Assembly: GCA_944326765.1 (NCBI GenBank)
Contig: CALVFE010000002.1
Span: forward strand, 4,058-68,057
Source: an uncultured Elusimicrobiales bacterium
Lineage (GTDB): Bacteria; Elusimicrobiota; Elusimicrobia; Elusimicrobiales; Elusimicrobiaceae
Direction of reading: 5' to 3'
Length of the DNA stretch: 64,000 nucleotides
Part shown: positions 38,391-47,706 of the stretch, in pieces
Numbering within the stretch: position 1 is the stretch's first letter
How the letters are laid out: each line of letters opens with the position of its first letter
The notes under the pieces: model-generated
Seen by the model: only the letters and a program-made list of their open reading frames with translations
What the model was told of the DNA's origin: nothing
The model's database searches: none
Program-made: the position numbers and the translations under genes

Positions 38391-40184
38391 TTATTGTCCG
38401 GAAAGCTTTTGTTGGGCTTGTGCTTGTACCTGTTCCAACTGTTTTTGTTTTTCTTCATCGGGCAAATCGGAAGCCACGATTTGATTGACCTTCTCGTACA
38501 TTTCGCGCAAGATAGGGCGGGCTTTCTCTTGCAAGGCAGCCTTCTGTTCGGCCGACGCCCGCCGAACGCCGGGATCTTTCATAATCTGTTCCAAGGAACT
38601 TTCTACCTGACGGTTTAACCGCGCTTGCTGCATTTGAGGATCATTCTGCGTTTGTTCCAACTGTTTGTTCACTTCTTTGCGTAATTCTTTGGAGGCGTTC
38701 TCTTTCATGGTTCTGGAAGAATCGGGATCGTTCCAGATTTTCATATATTCGTCATAATATCTTTGGTAAATGGCATCAATTCGGCGGGCGCCTTCCTCGC
38801 CATATACCTGGCCGGCGGTCTGCAGTTTTTCGTTCCGTTCCTGATTCAGCGAATTATCTATAGCGGTTAATTCCGCTTGGCTCGCCCGGTAACTGCGGCC
38901 TAATGTTTTGCCTTCTTCTTCCTCTTTTAATTGCTGTTTTATTTTTGCGTCTTCTACGTCATTCTCGGCGTCAAACAAACCCTTGGGAGAGCTGCCGCTT
39001 TTTACAATCACGTCTTCCAGCGCCTTGCGGCGTTCCCGTTGGTTAGCCAACTGCTGTTCATAATACTTTTCGGCCGGAAGCCCCTGCCGGGCCAAAATCA
39101 TATCCTTTTCTCTGGCCTCGTCGATAATCTTCCCGGCTTGGGCGACAATATCCGAATTATATTGTTTGGAAAGCGCCTCTTTTAGCATATTGTCTCTTTC
39201 AATGCGTTCCTGTTCGAATTTCTTAAACCCATTATCTTCCGACATTTTTTGGAGCTTTTGCTCATATTTTTGAGACACTTGCTTTACCTTCTCTGCAATC
39301 TGTTGCGGCGTTTGCCCAGGTGCATTAATGGCGGCGGCCATTTCGCTTTGGAAGGAATCCATTATTTTTGAAGCTTCCTGCGCAGCCTGATTTCCAAAAG
39401 CCTGCCCCATACTGTGTACGACTCCCGCTTTTTGGGCAGATACTTGTTCCAATACCGGTGCGAAGGGACCGGCGGATGCGGACTGCGGCAAAGTATTGCG
39501 CTGGAGATATTTTTCAATATTGGTTTCTTTCTTGCTTTTTGGCAACAGAGCTTTGGCTACCGCACGGGAAATCCCGCTGGAAAGACCTTTTAATTGATTT
39601 TCTAATTGTTTTTGCTGCTCTTTGGGTACCGCCGTCATATACGGAGCGAATGCCCTTTCCCGTTCCGCCCGCATTTGTTCTTCTGCGGTAGGGCGATAGA
39701 CTCCGGGGGGTTGACTGCCAACAACCTCAGAAGAAACGTTATAAGCGTCCGTTGGCGCCGCATACTTGCCATAATTGACTGCCGTTAATCCTTTGGGACG
39801 ATAAGAATTGCCCGCAGCTAAATTCCCCCCAGTGGACACGTTCGGTAATGCAGCATAAGGATTTTTTCCCATAAAATCAGGGCCAAGGGTATAAGTTTTT
39901 CCGTCTATGCCCAAATTAGGCCGGTGCATATAGCGCTGTACTGCCAACGCCCGTTTTTGTTCCCGGTCAGCTGGATTTTGTGGGGAAGAAATTCCTAAAA
40001 TTTCTTCATCTTTTAATTCCGCAAGCGCTTGACGATGGGTTTCTTCATTTTGGCCGGCATTTGCCGCAGTATTGCCGGAAGAAGCGCTTCTGGTATAGGT
40101 GGAAGTACGCAGCAAAGCAAGCCCCATAGCCAGCAATACCACAATCAGAAATCCTAATTGAAACAAACGTTTATTTTTTTCCAT
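38391..40184 (-). CDS. Hypothetical membrane-anchored helical-repeat protein
   Basis: 597 aa, N-terminal TM, Q/E/K-rich helical body. Confidence 0.8.
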   Translation of the reverse strand: MEKNKRLFQLGFLIVVLLAMGLALLRTSTYTRSASSGNTAANAGQNEETHRQALAELKDEEILGISSPQNPADREQKRALAVQRYMHRPNLGIDGKTYTLGPDFMGKNPYAALPNVSTGGNLAAGNSYRPKGLTAVNYGKYAAPTDAYNVSSEVVGSQPPGVYRPTAEEQMRAERERAFAPYMTAVPKEQQKQLENQLKGLSSGISRAVAKALLPKSKKETNIEKYLQRNTLPQSASAGPFAPVLEQVSAQKAGVVHSMGQAFGNQAAQEASKIMDSFQSEMAAAINAPGQTPQQIAEKVKQVSQKYEQKLQKMSEDNGFKKFEQERIERDNMLKEALSKQYNSDIVAQAGKIIDEAREKDMILARQGLPAEKYYEQQLANQRERRKALEDVIVKSGSSPKGLFDAENDVEDAKIKQQLKEEEEGKTLGRSYRASQAELTAIDNSLNQERNEKLQTAGQVYGEEGARRIDAIYQRYYDEYMKIWNDPDSSRTMKENASKELRKEVNKQLEQTQNDPQMQQARLNRQVESSLEQIMKDPGVRRASAEQKAALQEKARPILREMYEKVNQIVASDLPDEEKQKQLEQVQAQAQQKLSGQ

Positions 40185-40187
40185 ATT

Positions 40188-41249
40188 CTACTTCTCCGCT
40201 GCAGAAACCATTTGTTCACCGGTTTTCGCAGCGCGATGTTCCAGTTCTTCATTTAACTCCGCCTGCAGCTGAGTCATTTCTTTGCGGTACGCTTCTCCCG
40301 CCTGATCCAACTGCGCTTGCATAGCACTTAATCGGATAGGATTGCGCAATAACGCATCTACTGTATTTTTATAACGTTCAAAAATATCACGCGTTTGGAG
40401 TACGGCCTCTTTGCCGTATAACTTTTCAAACTGATTTTCCATCTGTTGGTGAGCCGTAATCAAACGGGCGCGCAGGGAAGCGGCTTGTTCACCGGAAACA
40501 GCCAGAATGGGATCTCCGTATTGCATGATAGTCTCTCGGAAAGCTTTATCCGCCTCTTCCCCTACCCGGGAGAGTTCCTGCTCCATCGCTTCCCGGCTGT
40601 TTACAGAAGATAACACCAACCAATAATCGTCTGCCGTTTTTTGCAGAATCACTTTTGTTTTTTGAGCGCAGACTTCCCCATAATCGCGGGAAATGCCTTC
40701 CAATAAAGAGAGAACGGCTTGCTCAAGCGCTTGCTTGGACATACGGCTTTGTTGAGCATTGGGCATTGTCCAAGAAGCTTGCTGCTGCAATTGAACAAAT
40801 TCCGCCATTTTTTGTGAATATGCAGCCGTTTGTTCATTAAGTTTGGCCGCCAGTTCCTGCGGATTTTTGGCTTCCAGCGCTGCCGTTACAGCTTCCGTGC
40901 GCAACTGATCTAACATAGCCGCCACTTGATCTGCCGCCAGACGGGCATAATTCTTCTGAATCGTTGAATCCAACTCGTTTTTCTGCGCAAAAATCTGTGC
41001 CGAAATTCGCAAATCCGGCAATTGCGGCAAAAATTCTCGAAGCGTCATTTCGGTTAATAACGGTTTATCTACGATGGGTTTCGAACGGGCTTGTGCGGCA
41101 GCACGATACTGCTGCGCTTTACTCATATAACGCTGCAAATTATCTGCCCGGGCAGAACGGCGTTTGGGATGCACTTCTTCTTCCGAAGGAGTGCAGGCGG
41201 TAATAGCAAAACAGACCAACAAGCCTATTAATAAACGAGATGTTTTCAT
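40188..41249 (-). CDS. Hypothetical helical-repeat lipoprotein
   Basis: Start MKTSRLL, lipobox ITAC; Q/A/E-rich; stop lies 3 nt before the next gene's start. Confidence 0.8.
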   Translation of the reverse strand: MKTSRLLIGLLVCFAITACTPSEEEVHPKRRSARADNLQRYMSKAQQYRAAAQARSKPIVDKPLLTEMTLREFLPQLPDLRISAQIFAQKNELDSTIQKNYARLAADQVAAMLDQLRTEAVTAALEAKNPQELAAKLNEQTAAYSQKMAEFVQLQQQASWTMPNAQQSRMSKQALEQAVLSLLEGISRDYGEVCAQKTKVILQKTADDYWLVLSSVNSREAMEQELSRVGEEADKAFRETIMQYGDPILAVSGEQAASLRARLITAHQQMENQFEKLYGKEAVLQTRDIFERYKNTVDALLRNPIRLSAMQAQLDQAGEAYRKEMTQLQAELNEELEHRAAKTGEQMVSAAEK

Positions 41250-41338
41250 ATTCTCATTATACTCCAAAAAAGGCAATTTGTCAGGTCCTTTTCCGAACGC
41301 GCGCGTTCTATAACCCTATATTGGGTTGCTCCAAACAT

Positions 41339-41363
41339 AAAAAACCCCGCCGCAGCGGGGTTT
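41339..41363 (-). terminator. aspS terminator
   Basis: AAAAAACCCCGC-cgca-GCGGGGTTT. Confidence 0.8.
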
Positions 41364-41366
41364 GGC

Positions 41367-43115
41367 TTATTCTTTGGCAATTTGAATTCCCAATTCTTTG
41401 AGTTGAATATCATCTACCGTATTGGGAGAATCCGTCAGCGGGCAGACTGCTTGAGCCGTTTTGGGGAAGGCAATCACTTCGCGAATGGAATCTTCGCCGG
41501 CTAAAAGTGCGGTGATACGGTCTAACCCCAGCCCAATTCCTCCGTGGGGAGGCGCCCCCGCTTCCAACGCGTTTAACAGCATGCCAAAACGACGGGCGGA
41601 TTCTTCTTTGGAGTGTTTCATTAACGCCAAAATACGCTCTTGTACGTCTCGGCGGCAGTTGCGCACGGATCCAGAAGCCAACTCATTTCCGTTCAGAACC
41701 AGGTCGAACTGATAGGAACGAATTGAAGCCGGATCTTTTTCCAGATTGGGCAAATCTTCCTCTACCGGCGCAGTAAAGGGGTTGTGAGCGGCGTCCCAGC
41801 GGTTTTCCTCCGGAATATATTCCAACAGCGGGAAATTGGTAATCCACACAAACGCCCAGTCGCTCACGCGGGGTAATTCTTTGACAAGTTCTTTGCGCAG
41901 TGCCCCCATAAACGTCTGACAAGTGTGCAGGTTTGCATCGCTGCCAACAAAGATAATATCCCCGTCCTGCGCGCCCACGGCGGCCTTTAAGGCATTCATT
42001 TCTTCGGGCGTAAAAAACTTGGCAGACGGCCCTTCAAACGCAGCGTCTTTTACTTTCAGCCACACCAACCCTTTTGCACCGTTCTTTTTTACCAGTTCGG
42101 TCAGCTTATCCAGATGGCCGCGGGAATAGGCGGCTCCCTTTTCCCCGCGCAGGGCGCGAATGGCGCCGCCGGCCGCTAAAATTTCTTTAAATACTTTAAA
42201 CCCGGTATTTTTTAATGCGTCATTGACGTTTTTCATTTCCAGGCTGTAACGCAAATCGGGCTTATCCGAACCGTATTTTTCCATCGCGTCATGAAAGGAA
42301 AGTTTCGGAAACGGAATTGCTAATTCTTTACCAGCCGTTTTGAAAATTTCCTTCATCAATCCTTCCACCGCTTGGTGAATATCGTCGATGGTTACGAAAG
42401 ACATTTCCATATCAATTTGCGTATGCTCCGGCTGGCGGTCAGCGCGGAGGTCTTCATCTCGAAAGCAACGCGCCAATTGGAAATAACGGTCAATTCCGCT
42501 TGCCATTAAAGTTTGCTTGAACATCTGGGGGCTTTGCGGCAAAGCATAAAATTCGCCGTGGTGTACCCGGGAAGGAACCAAATAATCGCGCGCGCCTTCC
42601 GGGGTGGAACGCGTCAAGACAGGCGTTTCCACTTCCAAAAATCCGTTAGCATCTAAATATCGGCGGGCGGCTTGCATGATGCGATGGCGCAAAAGCAAAT
42701 TGGCATACATTTTAGGGTTGCGCAAATCCAGGTAGCGATATTTTAAGCGTGTTTCTTCGGTTACCGAGCGGGATTTTTCTATGTCAAACGGCAGGGCAAT
42801 AGACGTATTTAACACTTTAAATTCTTCCGCCACCAGTTCGATGTCGCCTGTTTTCATATTTTTATTGACCGCGCCTTCCAAGCGTTTCGTTACGGTTCCG
42901 GTTACTTCAATTACATATTCATTGCGTACGGCAGACGCTTGAGCAAAGAACGGTTTAGAAGGTTCCACCACTATTTGGCAAATGCCGCTGCGATCTCGTA
43001 AATCAATAAACAGCACCCCTCCGTGGTTGCGGTATGTATTTACCCAACCACATAGCGTTTGTTTGGTGCCGAGCAGAGAAGCAGTAATTTCTCCGCAATA
43101 ATTTGTTCGTTTCAT
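41367..43115 (-). CDS. aspS: Aspartyl-tRNA synthetase (non-discriminating signature)
   Basis: RLKYRYLDLR, STPEGARDY, ALPQSPQ.FKQ, FRDEDLRADRQPE, PPHGGIGLGLDR. Confidence 0.97.
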   Translation of the reverse strand: MKRTNYCGEITASLLGTKQTLCGWVNTYRNHGGVLFIDLRDRSGICQIVVEPSKPFFAQASAVRNEYVIEVTGTVTKRLEGAVNKNMKTGDIELVAEEFKVLNTSIALPFDIEKSRSVTEETRLKYRYLDLRNPKMYANLLLRHRIMQAARRYLDANGFLEVETPVLTRSTPEGARDYLVPSRVHHGEFYALPQSPQMFKQTLMASGIDRYFQLARCFRDEDLRADRQPEHTQIDMEMSFVTIDDIHQAVEGLMKEIFKTAGKELAIPFPKLSFHDAMEKYGSDKPDLRYSLEMKNVNDALKNTGFKVFKEILAAGGAIRALRGEKGAAYSRGHLDKLTELVKKNGAKGLVWLKVKDAAFEGPSAKFFTPEEMNALKAAVGAQDGDIIFVGSDANLHTCQTFMGALRKELVKELPRVSDWAFVWITNFPLLEYIPEENRWDAAHNPFTAPVEEDLPNLEKDPASIRSYQFDLVLNGNELASGSVRNCRRDVQERILALMKHSKEESARRFGMLLNALEAGAPPHGGIGLGLDRITALLAGEDSIREVIAFPKTAQAVCPLTDSPNTVDDIQLKELGIQIAKE

Positions 43116-44341
43116 ACCAGTTTTTTTACCTCGTTTATTAAATCATCAAAAGGAATTTGTTTTTGTTCCCCCGTGGTTAAATCTTTCAGCGTAACCACCC
43201 GTTTAGCCAATTCATCTCCGCCCAGAATTACGGCGTAAGCCGCGCCGCAGCGGTCGGCCTGTTTCATTTGGCCTTTAACGTTTTTGTCAAAGAGTCCGCC
43301 TTCCGTACGGATTGCCGCCCGACGCAGTTGCTGCATAAGATTAAAAGCCGTTTCGTTGCAGTTTTTTTCCAGCGATACGACATATACGCTCTTGCCGGCA
43401 GAAGACTGCGTTTCCCCGCGCGCCATAATCACGCGTTCGGCGCCCATCGCCCAGCCGATAGCCGGCGTAACCGGGCCGCCCATATTTTTTATCAGCGTAT
43501 CATACCGTCCGCCTGCCGCAATGGCGTTCTGGGAAACATCTCCCGCCTGAAATTCAAATACCGTTCGGGAATAATAGTCCAACCCGCGCACCAGCATGGG
43601 ATCTACTTCGAAATCAATCTTTCCTCGCAGCAAGGCTTGTACTTCGTTAAAATGAGCCTGACACTCGGGGCACAGTTTCATCGTAGGAACACGTCCTGCA
43701 AAACGGGCGCCGTCTATTTTACAATCCAGCACCCGCAAGGGATTTTTTTCCAGCCGAATTTGGCAATTTTCGCAAAGGGTTTCTTTTTCGGCGGAAAGGA
43801 AATCAATCAATGCTTGCCGATACAGAGGACGGCATTTCTCACAGCCTAGACTGTTGAGTTTTACCTTGTAATTTTTGGCGCCGAATTTGGACACAATATC
43901 TTTTAACATCAAAATCACTTCGGCGTCTGCCGCCGGCGCGGAATTACCGATATATTCTGCGCCAATTTGTTCAAATTCACGGTAACGGCCAGCCTGCGGA
44001 CGTTCCGCCCGAAACATATTGCCAATGTAATAAAATTTTTGCACCGGGGACTGCTGCGTGAAATTATTTTCCAGATACGCGCGTACCACGCCGGGCGTTC
44101 CTTCCGGCCGGATAGCCAGCTGACGGTGTCCCGCATCTTCAAAGGCGTACATCTCTTTCTGTACGATGTCGGTGGTTTCGCCGGTTGATTTGACGAAAAG
44201 CTCTTTAAGCTCCACGGTAGGCAGGCGAAGTTCGCCAAACCCATAAACAGAAAATACGCCGCGGGCGCAATTTTCCAGTTCGGTAAAATAATTGGATTGG
44301 GGTTCGAATATATCTCTAAACCCGCGTACTAGTTTAGCCAT
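43112..44341 (-). CDS. hisS: Histidyl-tRNA synthetase
   Basis: RPEGT, FRAERPQAGRYREFEQ, LVRGLDYY, GGRYD. Confidence 0.97.
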   Translation of the reverse strand: MAKLVRGFRDIFEPQSNYFTELENCARGVFSVYGFGELRLPTVELKELFVKSTGETTDIVQKEMYAFEDAGHRQLAIRPEGTPGVVRAYLENNFTQQSPVQKFYYIGNMFRAERPQAGRYREFEQIGAEYIGNSAPAADAEVILMLKDIVSKFGAKNYKVKLNSLGCEKCRPLYRQALIDFLSAEKETLCENCQIRLEKNPLRVLDCKIDGARFAGRVPTMKLCPECQAHFNEVQALLRGKIDFEVDPMLVRGLDYYSRTVFEFQAGDVSQNAIAAGGRYDTLIKNMGGPVTPAIGWAMGAERVIMARGETQSSAGKSVYVVSLEKNCNETAFNLMQQLRRAAIRTEGGLFDKNVKGQMKQADRCGAAYAVILGGDELAKRVVTLKDLTTGEQKQIPFDDLINEVKKLV

Positions 44342-44446
44342 ATAATTAATTTTAGCATTTTATACTGAACCCGCGTATTTGTTTTCCGCCCGAGAGAAGG
44401 CAATCGGTAACGGCAACGCGTTTTTTGACCAACTAATACTATGAAC

Positions 44447-45598
44447 TTACAGAGTAGGGAAAGAATGTAGTCCTTTAGGAATGATTGATGTTTGTAATGG
44501 CGCCGCTGTTTTTAGGAATTCCTGGGAATTGAGGGATTTTTTCAGAGATTCTTTTAGTTCCTGGCTTTCTTCATGCGCGCTTTTGGGAAGGCACACTTCC
44601 TGGTGAGCCTGCTGATTATGATACCAACAAACCAGCGTGGCCAGACGTAAACCATCGGCCGCTGACGGGCGGGAACTGTCCATTCCGCTTGCCGTCTTTT
44701 CAAACATAATAGAAGTATCTTCGTTGATATGCACCAATCCCAGCAGATGTCCCCATTCGTGTGTAACAATACGCTGGTTATAGACTGCCCAAGGTCCTTG
44801 TTTATGCCACGAAGCCGCGGGCATTTTGGAAAGAATATGGATATATTGTTTGGAACGGTCAGAAAGTTGCTTATCCCAATTATATCCGTTGCCATTGGTG
44901 GCCGCCTCATAAAAATCGCCCGCCATCTGTGCGGATACGGCTTTTTTATATTCTTCTGCAGCACGGGCTTGCTCGTCGGCCGGGGCTTCTTTTGCATTCA
45001 GCCAATCCAGCCATTCTTGTTCCATAAAAAATAAAATCCGGCCAAATCCGTTCCCGTCTTTGGTAAACGAAGAAATCCCCACTCCGCGGACAGAGTTAGA
45101 ACCATTTCCTTGATAAAATCCGTATTTCCCCGAAGTAGCTTCCAATGTTATATTGATGGTTTGATTAGTCCAACGAGGAGTATGAGAGGTATCCGTCCGA
45201 TAGCCATCGGTTAGCGAGAACGTCAACTCCGGCAGTTTGTAAGCCGCAGGCAGCCAAGCATTTGCCGCTTCCCGCCAATCCTGCCAAGCCTGTTTAACAT
45301 ATGGGAACAAAGCCTCAACCGCTAAAAAATATCCCGGATTTTCCTTTAGATAATTGGGAGATTCTGTTACTGCATTTCGAAAAGGAAAATTAACATAAGC
45401 TAAAACTTTGACATTTCGTTTTTGTTTGGGAAACAAGATATTAGAAAACAAAAAATCCTGATTTTTTCCCATTTTTAAACGTTCCACTGTTAAATTGCCC
45501 ACACGCAAAGACTCATAGGCTGCATCTGCCGGCAGCTGGGATCCCCACCCAGCAGATATCCCTGTGATAAATAAAAAAAGAGGTAAGATTTTTCGCAT
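44447..45598 (-). CDS. Secreted metzincin (matrixin-like) metallopeptidase
   Basis: Signal peptide; HEWGHLLGLVH zinc motif followed by SIMF Met-turn. Confidence 0.8.
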   Translation of the reverse strand: MRKILPLFLFITGISAGWGSQLPADAAYESLRVGNLTVERLKMGKNQDFLFSNILFPKQKRNVKVLAYVNFPFRNAVTESPNYLKENPGYFLAVEALFPYVKQAWQDWREAANAWLPAAYKLPELTFSLTDGYRTDTSHTPRWTNQTINITLEATSGKYGFYQGNGSNSVRGVGISSFTKDGNGFGRILFFMEQEWLDWLNAKEAPADEQARAAEEYKKAVSAQMAGDFYEAATNGNGYNWDKQLSDRSKQYIHILSKMPAASWHKQGPWAVYNQRIVTHEWGHLLGLVHINEDTSIMFEKTASGMDSSRPSAADGLRLATLVCWYHNQQAHQEVCLPKSAHEESQELKESLKKSLNSQEFLKTAAPLQTSIIPKGLHSFPTL

Positions 45599-45782
45599 AA
45601 ATAAATCGTTTTAATATATCTTTAATACATATTGTTAGTATATGGAATAAATACATTTTTTTCAATATATACATTACTAAAAAATGAAGTAAAAAACCAG
45701 AAACATTTGCCCCCCATAACATTATCTTCTCCGCTCACGTCGGAAGCGAAACGCGCCTCATTCGGCCTTTACCCTTAAACAA

Positions 45783-45807
45783 GAAAACCACGCTTTCGCG
45801 TGGTTTC
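45783..45807 (-). terminator. Hairpin terminator after tRNA-Ala
   Basis: AAACCACGC-tttc-GCGTGGTTT. Confidence 0.75.
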
Positions 45808-45815
45808 TGGCCAAA

Positions 45816-45891
45816 TGGTGGACGTGATCGGGATCGAACCGACGACCTCCTCGTTGCGAACGAGGCGCTCTCCCAGCTGAGCTACACGCCC
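45816..45891 (-). tRNA. tRNA-Ala (anticodon CGC)
   Basis: GGGCGTGTAGCTCAGCTGGGAGAGCGCCTCGTT-CGC-AACGAGGAGGTCGTCGGTTCGATCCCGATCACGTCCACCA; G3-U70 identity pair; encoded CCA. Confidence 0.97.
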
Positions 45892-46203
45892 GAAAAATCG
45901 GTTTTATGCCTGGGGGTTCCCCTCTGATGTATTTATTATACCATATCCAAAAATAAAAAGAAAATTTTTCTTTTTGTCCCGCCTATTATGGCATTAAACA
46001 GTATGATGTCCATTTGTTTTAAATTGATGGATTTCTCCTAGAACCCAACAGGCTTATACGACTACTTGTTACCAAATAATAACAATTCTTTAGCATATAA
46101 TTCCATAAACAAAACAAGCCATTTCCCGCGAGAGGTAAAAGGTTCCCTTTCCTTCTCCAAAAAGCTACAATATACATATACTTTTTATTTTGTAGAGGAA
46201 ATT

Positions 46204-47502
46204 ATGTCTAGCAAAATTCGCGTCAAGGACGTGGGGCAGTATCTAGGAAAAGAAATCACTTTAAAAGGCTGGCTGTACAACAAACGCTCCAGCGGCAAAC
46301 TGCATTTTTTGCAGCTGCGCGACGGAAGCGGAATTATTCAATGTGTAATGTTTAAAGGAGAAGTATCTCCCGAACAATTTGAACTGGGCGACAAAGTAAC
46401 CCAAGAATCTTCTATCATCGTAACCGGTACCGTGCGCGAAGATAAACGATCCCCGTTGGGCTTTGAATTGGGCGTGAAAAATTTAGAAGTATTACAAATG
46501 GCCAAAGATTATCCAATCTCCCCCAAAGAACACGGACCGGATTTCCTCATGCAAAACCGCCACTTGTGGCTGCGTTCGGCTAAACAAACTGCCATTTTGC
46601 GCATTCGCGATGAAATTATCTTCGCAATCCGTGAATATTTCCATAAGAACGGTTTTGTTCTGTCCGATTCCCCCATCTTAACCCCCGCCGCCTGTGAAGG
46701 CACCAGCACCTTGTTTGAAACCGATTATTTCGGTGAAAAGGCTTTTCTGTCGCAAAGCGGACAGTTATATGCCGAAGCTTCTGCCATGGCATTAGGCCGA
46801 ACCTATTGTTTCGGGCCTACCTTCCGGGCAGAAAAAAGCAAGACCCGCCGCCATTTGACTGAATTTTGGATGGTAGAGCCCGAAGTCGCCTATAACGATT
46901 TAGACGATAATATGGATCTGGCGGAAGACTTTATCAAATATATCGTCAAGCAGGTTCTTACCAACCGGGCAGATGATTTAAATACCTTGGAACGCGACAC
47001 TTCCAAACTGCAAGCTACCGTAGAAAAAAAATTCCCCCGTATCGATTATACCGACGCTATTGAGATCCTGCATAAAAAAGGGAATAATACGCCCTGGGGC
47101 GGCGATATCGGCGGCGACGAGGAAACCCTGCTAGGCGAAGATTACGACACCCCCATTATGATCCACCGCTACCCCGCCGCCATTAAAGCATTCTATATGA
47201 AACGCGACCCCAAAAATCCAAAAGTCGTACTGGCGGTAGATGTAATCGGGCCGGAAGGCGCCGGAGAAATCATTGGCGGCAGTGAAAGAGAATCCGATTA
47301 CGAAACCCTCCTCGCCCGCATGAAAGAACAAGGGTTGGACCCCAAAGGGTACGATTGGTATTTAGACCTGCGCCGGTACGGAAGCGTACCGCACGCCGGT
47401 TTTGGTATGGGTATTGAGCGTATGGTGCGCTGGATATGCGGCCTGCAGCATGTACGGGAAACCATTCCGTTTGCCCGTATGATGGATAAAATCCACCCTT
47501 AA
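46204..47502 (+). CDS. asnS: Asparaginyl-tRNA synthetase
   Basis: [51 protein letters not shown]; GAGG SD before ATG 46204. Confidence 0.95.
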   Translation: MSSKIRVKDVGQYLGKEITLKGWLYNKRSSGKLHFLQLRDGSGIIQCVMFKGEVSPEQFELGDKVTQESSIIVTGTVREDKRSPLGFELGVKNLEVLQMAKDYPISPKEHGPDFLMQNRHLWLRSAKQTAILRIRDEIIFAIREYFHKNGFVLSDSPILTPAACEGTSTLFETDYFGEKAFLSQSGQLYAEASAMALGRTYCFGPTFRAEKSKTRRHLTEFWMVEPEVAYNDLDDNMDLAEDFIKYIVKQVLTNRADDLNTLERDTSKLQATVEKKFPRIDYTDAIEILHKKGNNTPWGGDIGGDEETLLGEDYDTPIMIHRYPAAIKAFYMKRDPKNPKVVLAVDVIGPEGAGEIIGGSERESDYETLLARMKEQGLDPKGYDWYLDLRRYGSVPHAGFGMGIERMVRWICGLQHVRETIPFARMMDKIHP

Positions 47503-47516
47503 CCATTAACAAATGC

Positions 47517-47551
47517 AAAAAAGCCCTCTTGCCAAATCGAGAGGGCTTTTT
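47517..47551 (+). terminator. asnS terminator
   Basis: AAAAGCCCTCT...AGAGGGCTTTTT. Confidence 0.8.
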
Positions 47552-47653
47552 GTATGGCAAAATATAAAATGAGTATGCTTGGTTCCGGCAATATAGTTGC
47601 TAAACGGGCGGATCATTTTTTTGTTTCAAAAAATTTTAATTACAAATAGAAAT

Positions 47654-47686
47654 AAAAAACCGGTCTGATTTGAGCAGACCGGTTTT
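47654..47686 (-). terminator. Terminator of the rpmF-rnc-ankyrin unit
   Basis: AAAACCGGTCTG...CAGACCGGTTTT. Confidence 0.8.
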
Positions 47687-47706
47687 GCAAACCTGGTTTA
47701 AAAGAT

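Noticed and set aside
45600-46200. Prophage or island attachment site at tRNA-Ala
   Set aside because: No integrase and no duplicated tRNA 3' end seen in the window.
46066-46203. Extended N-termini from the ORF track (asnS; also acpP, murG, rsmG, pyrH, GNAT)
   Set aside because: SD positions and family homology support the downstream ATGs used in the feature list.
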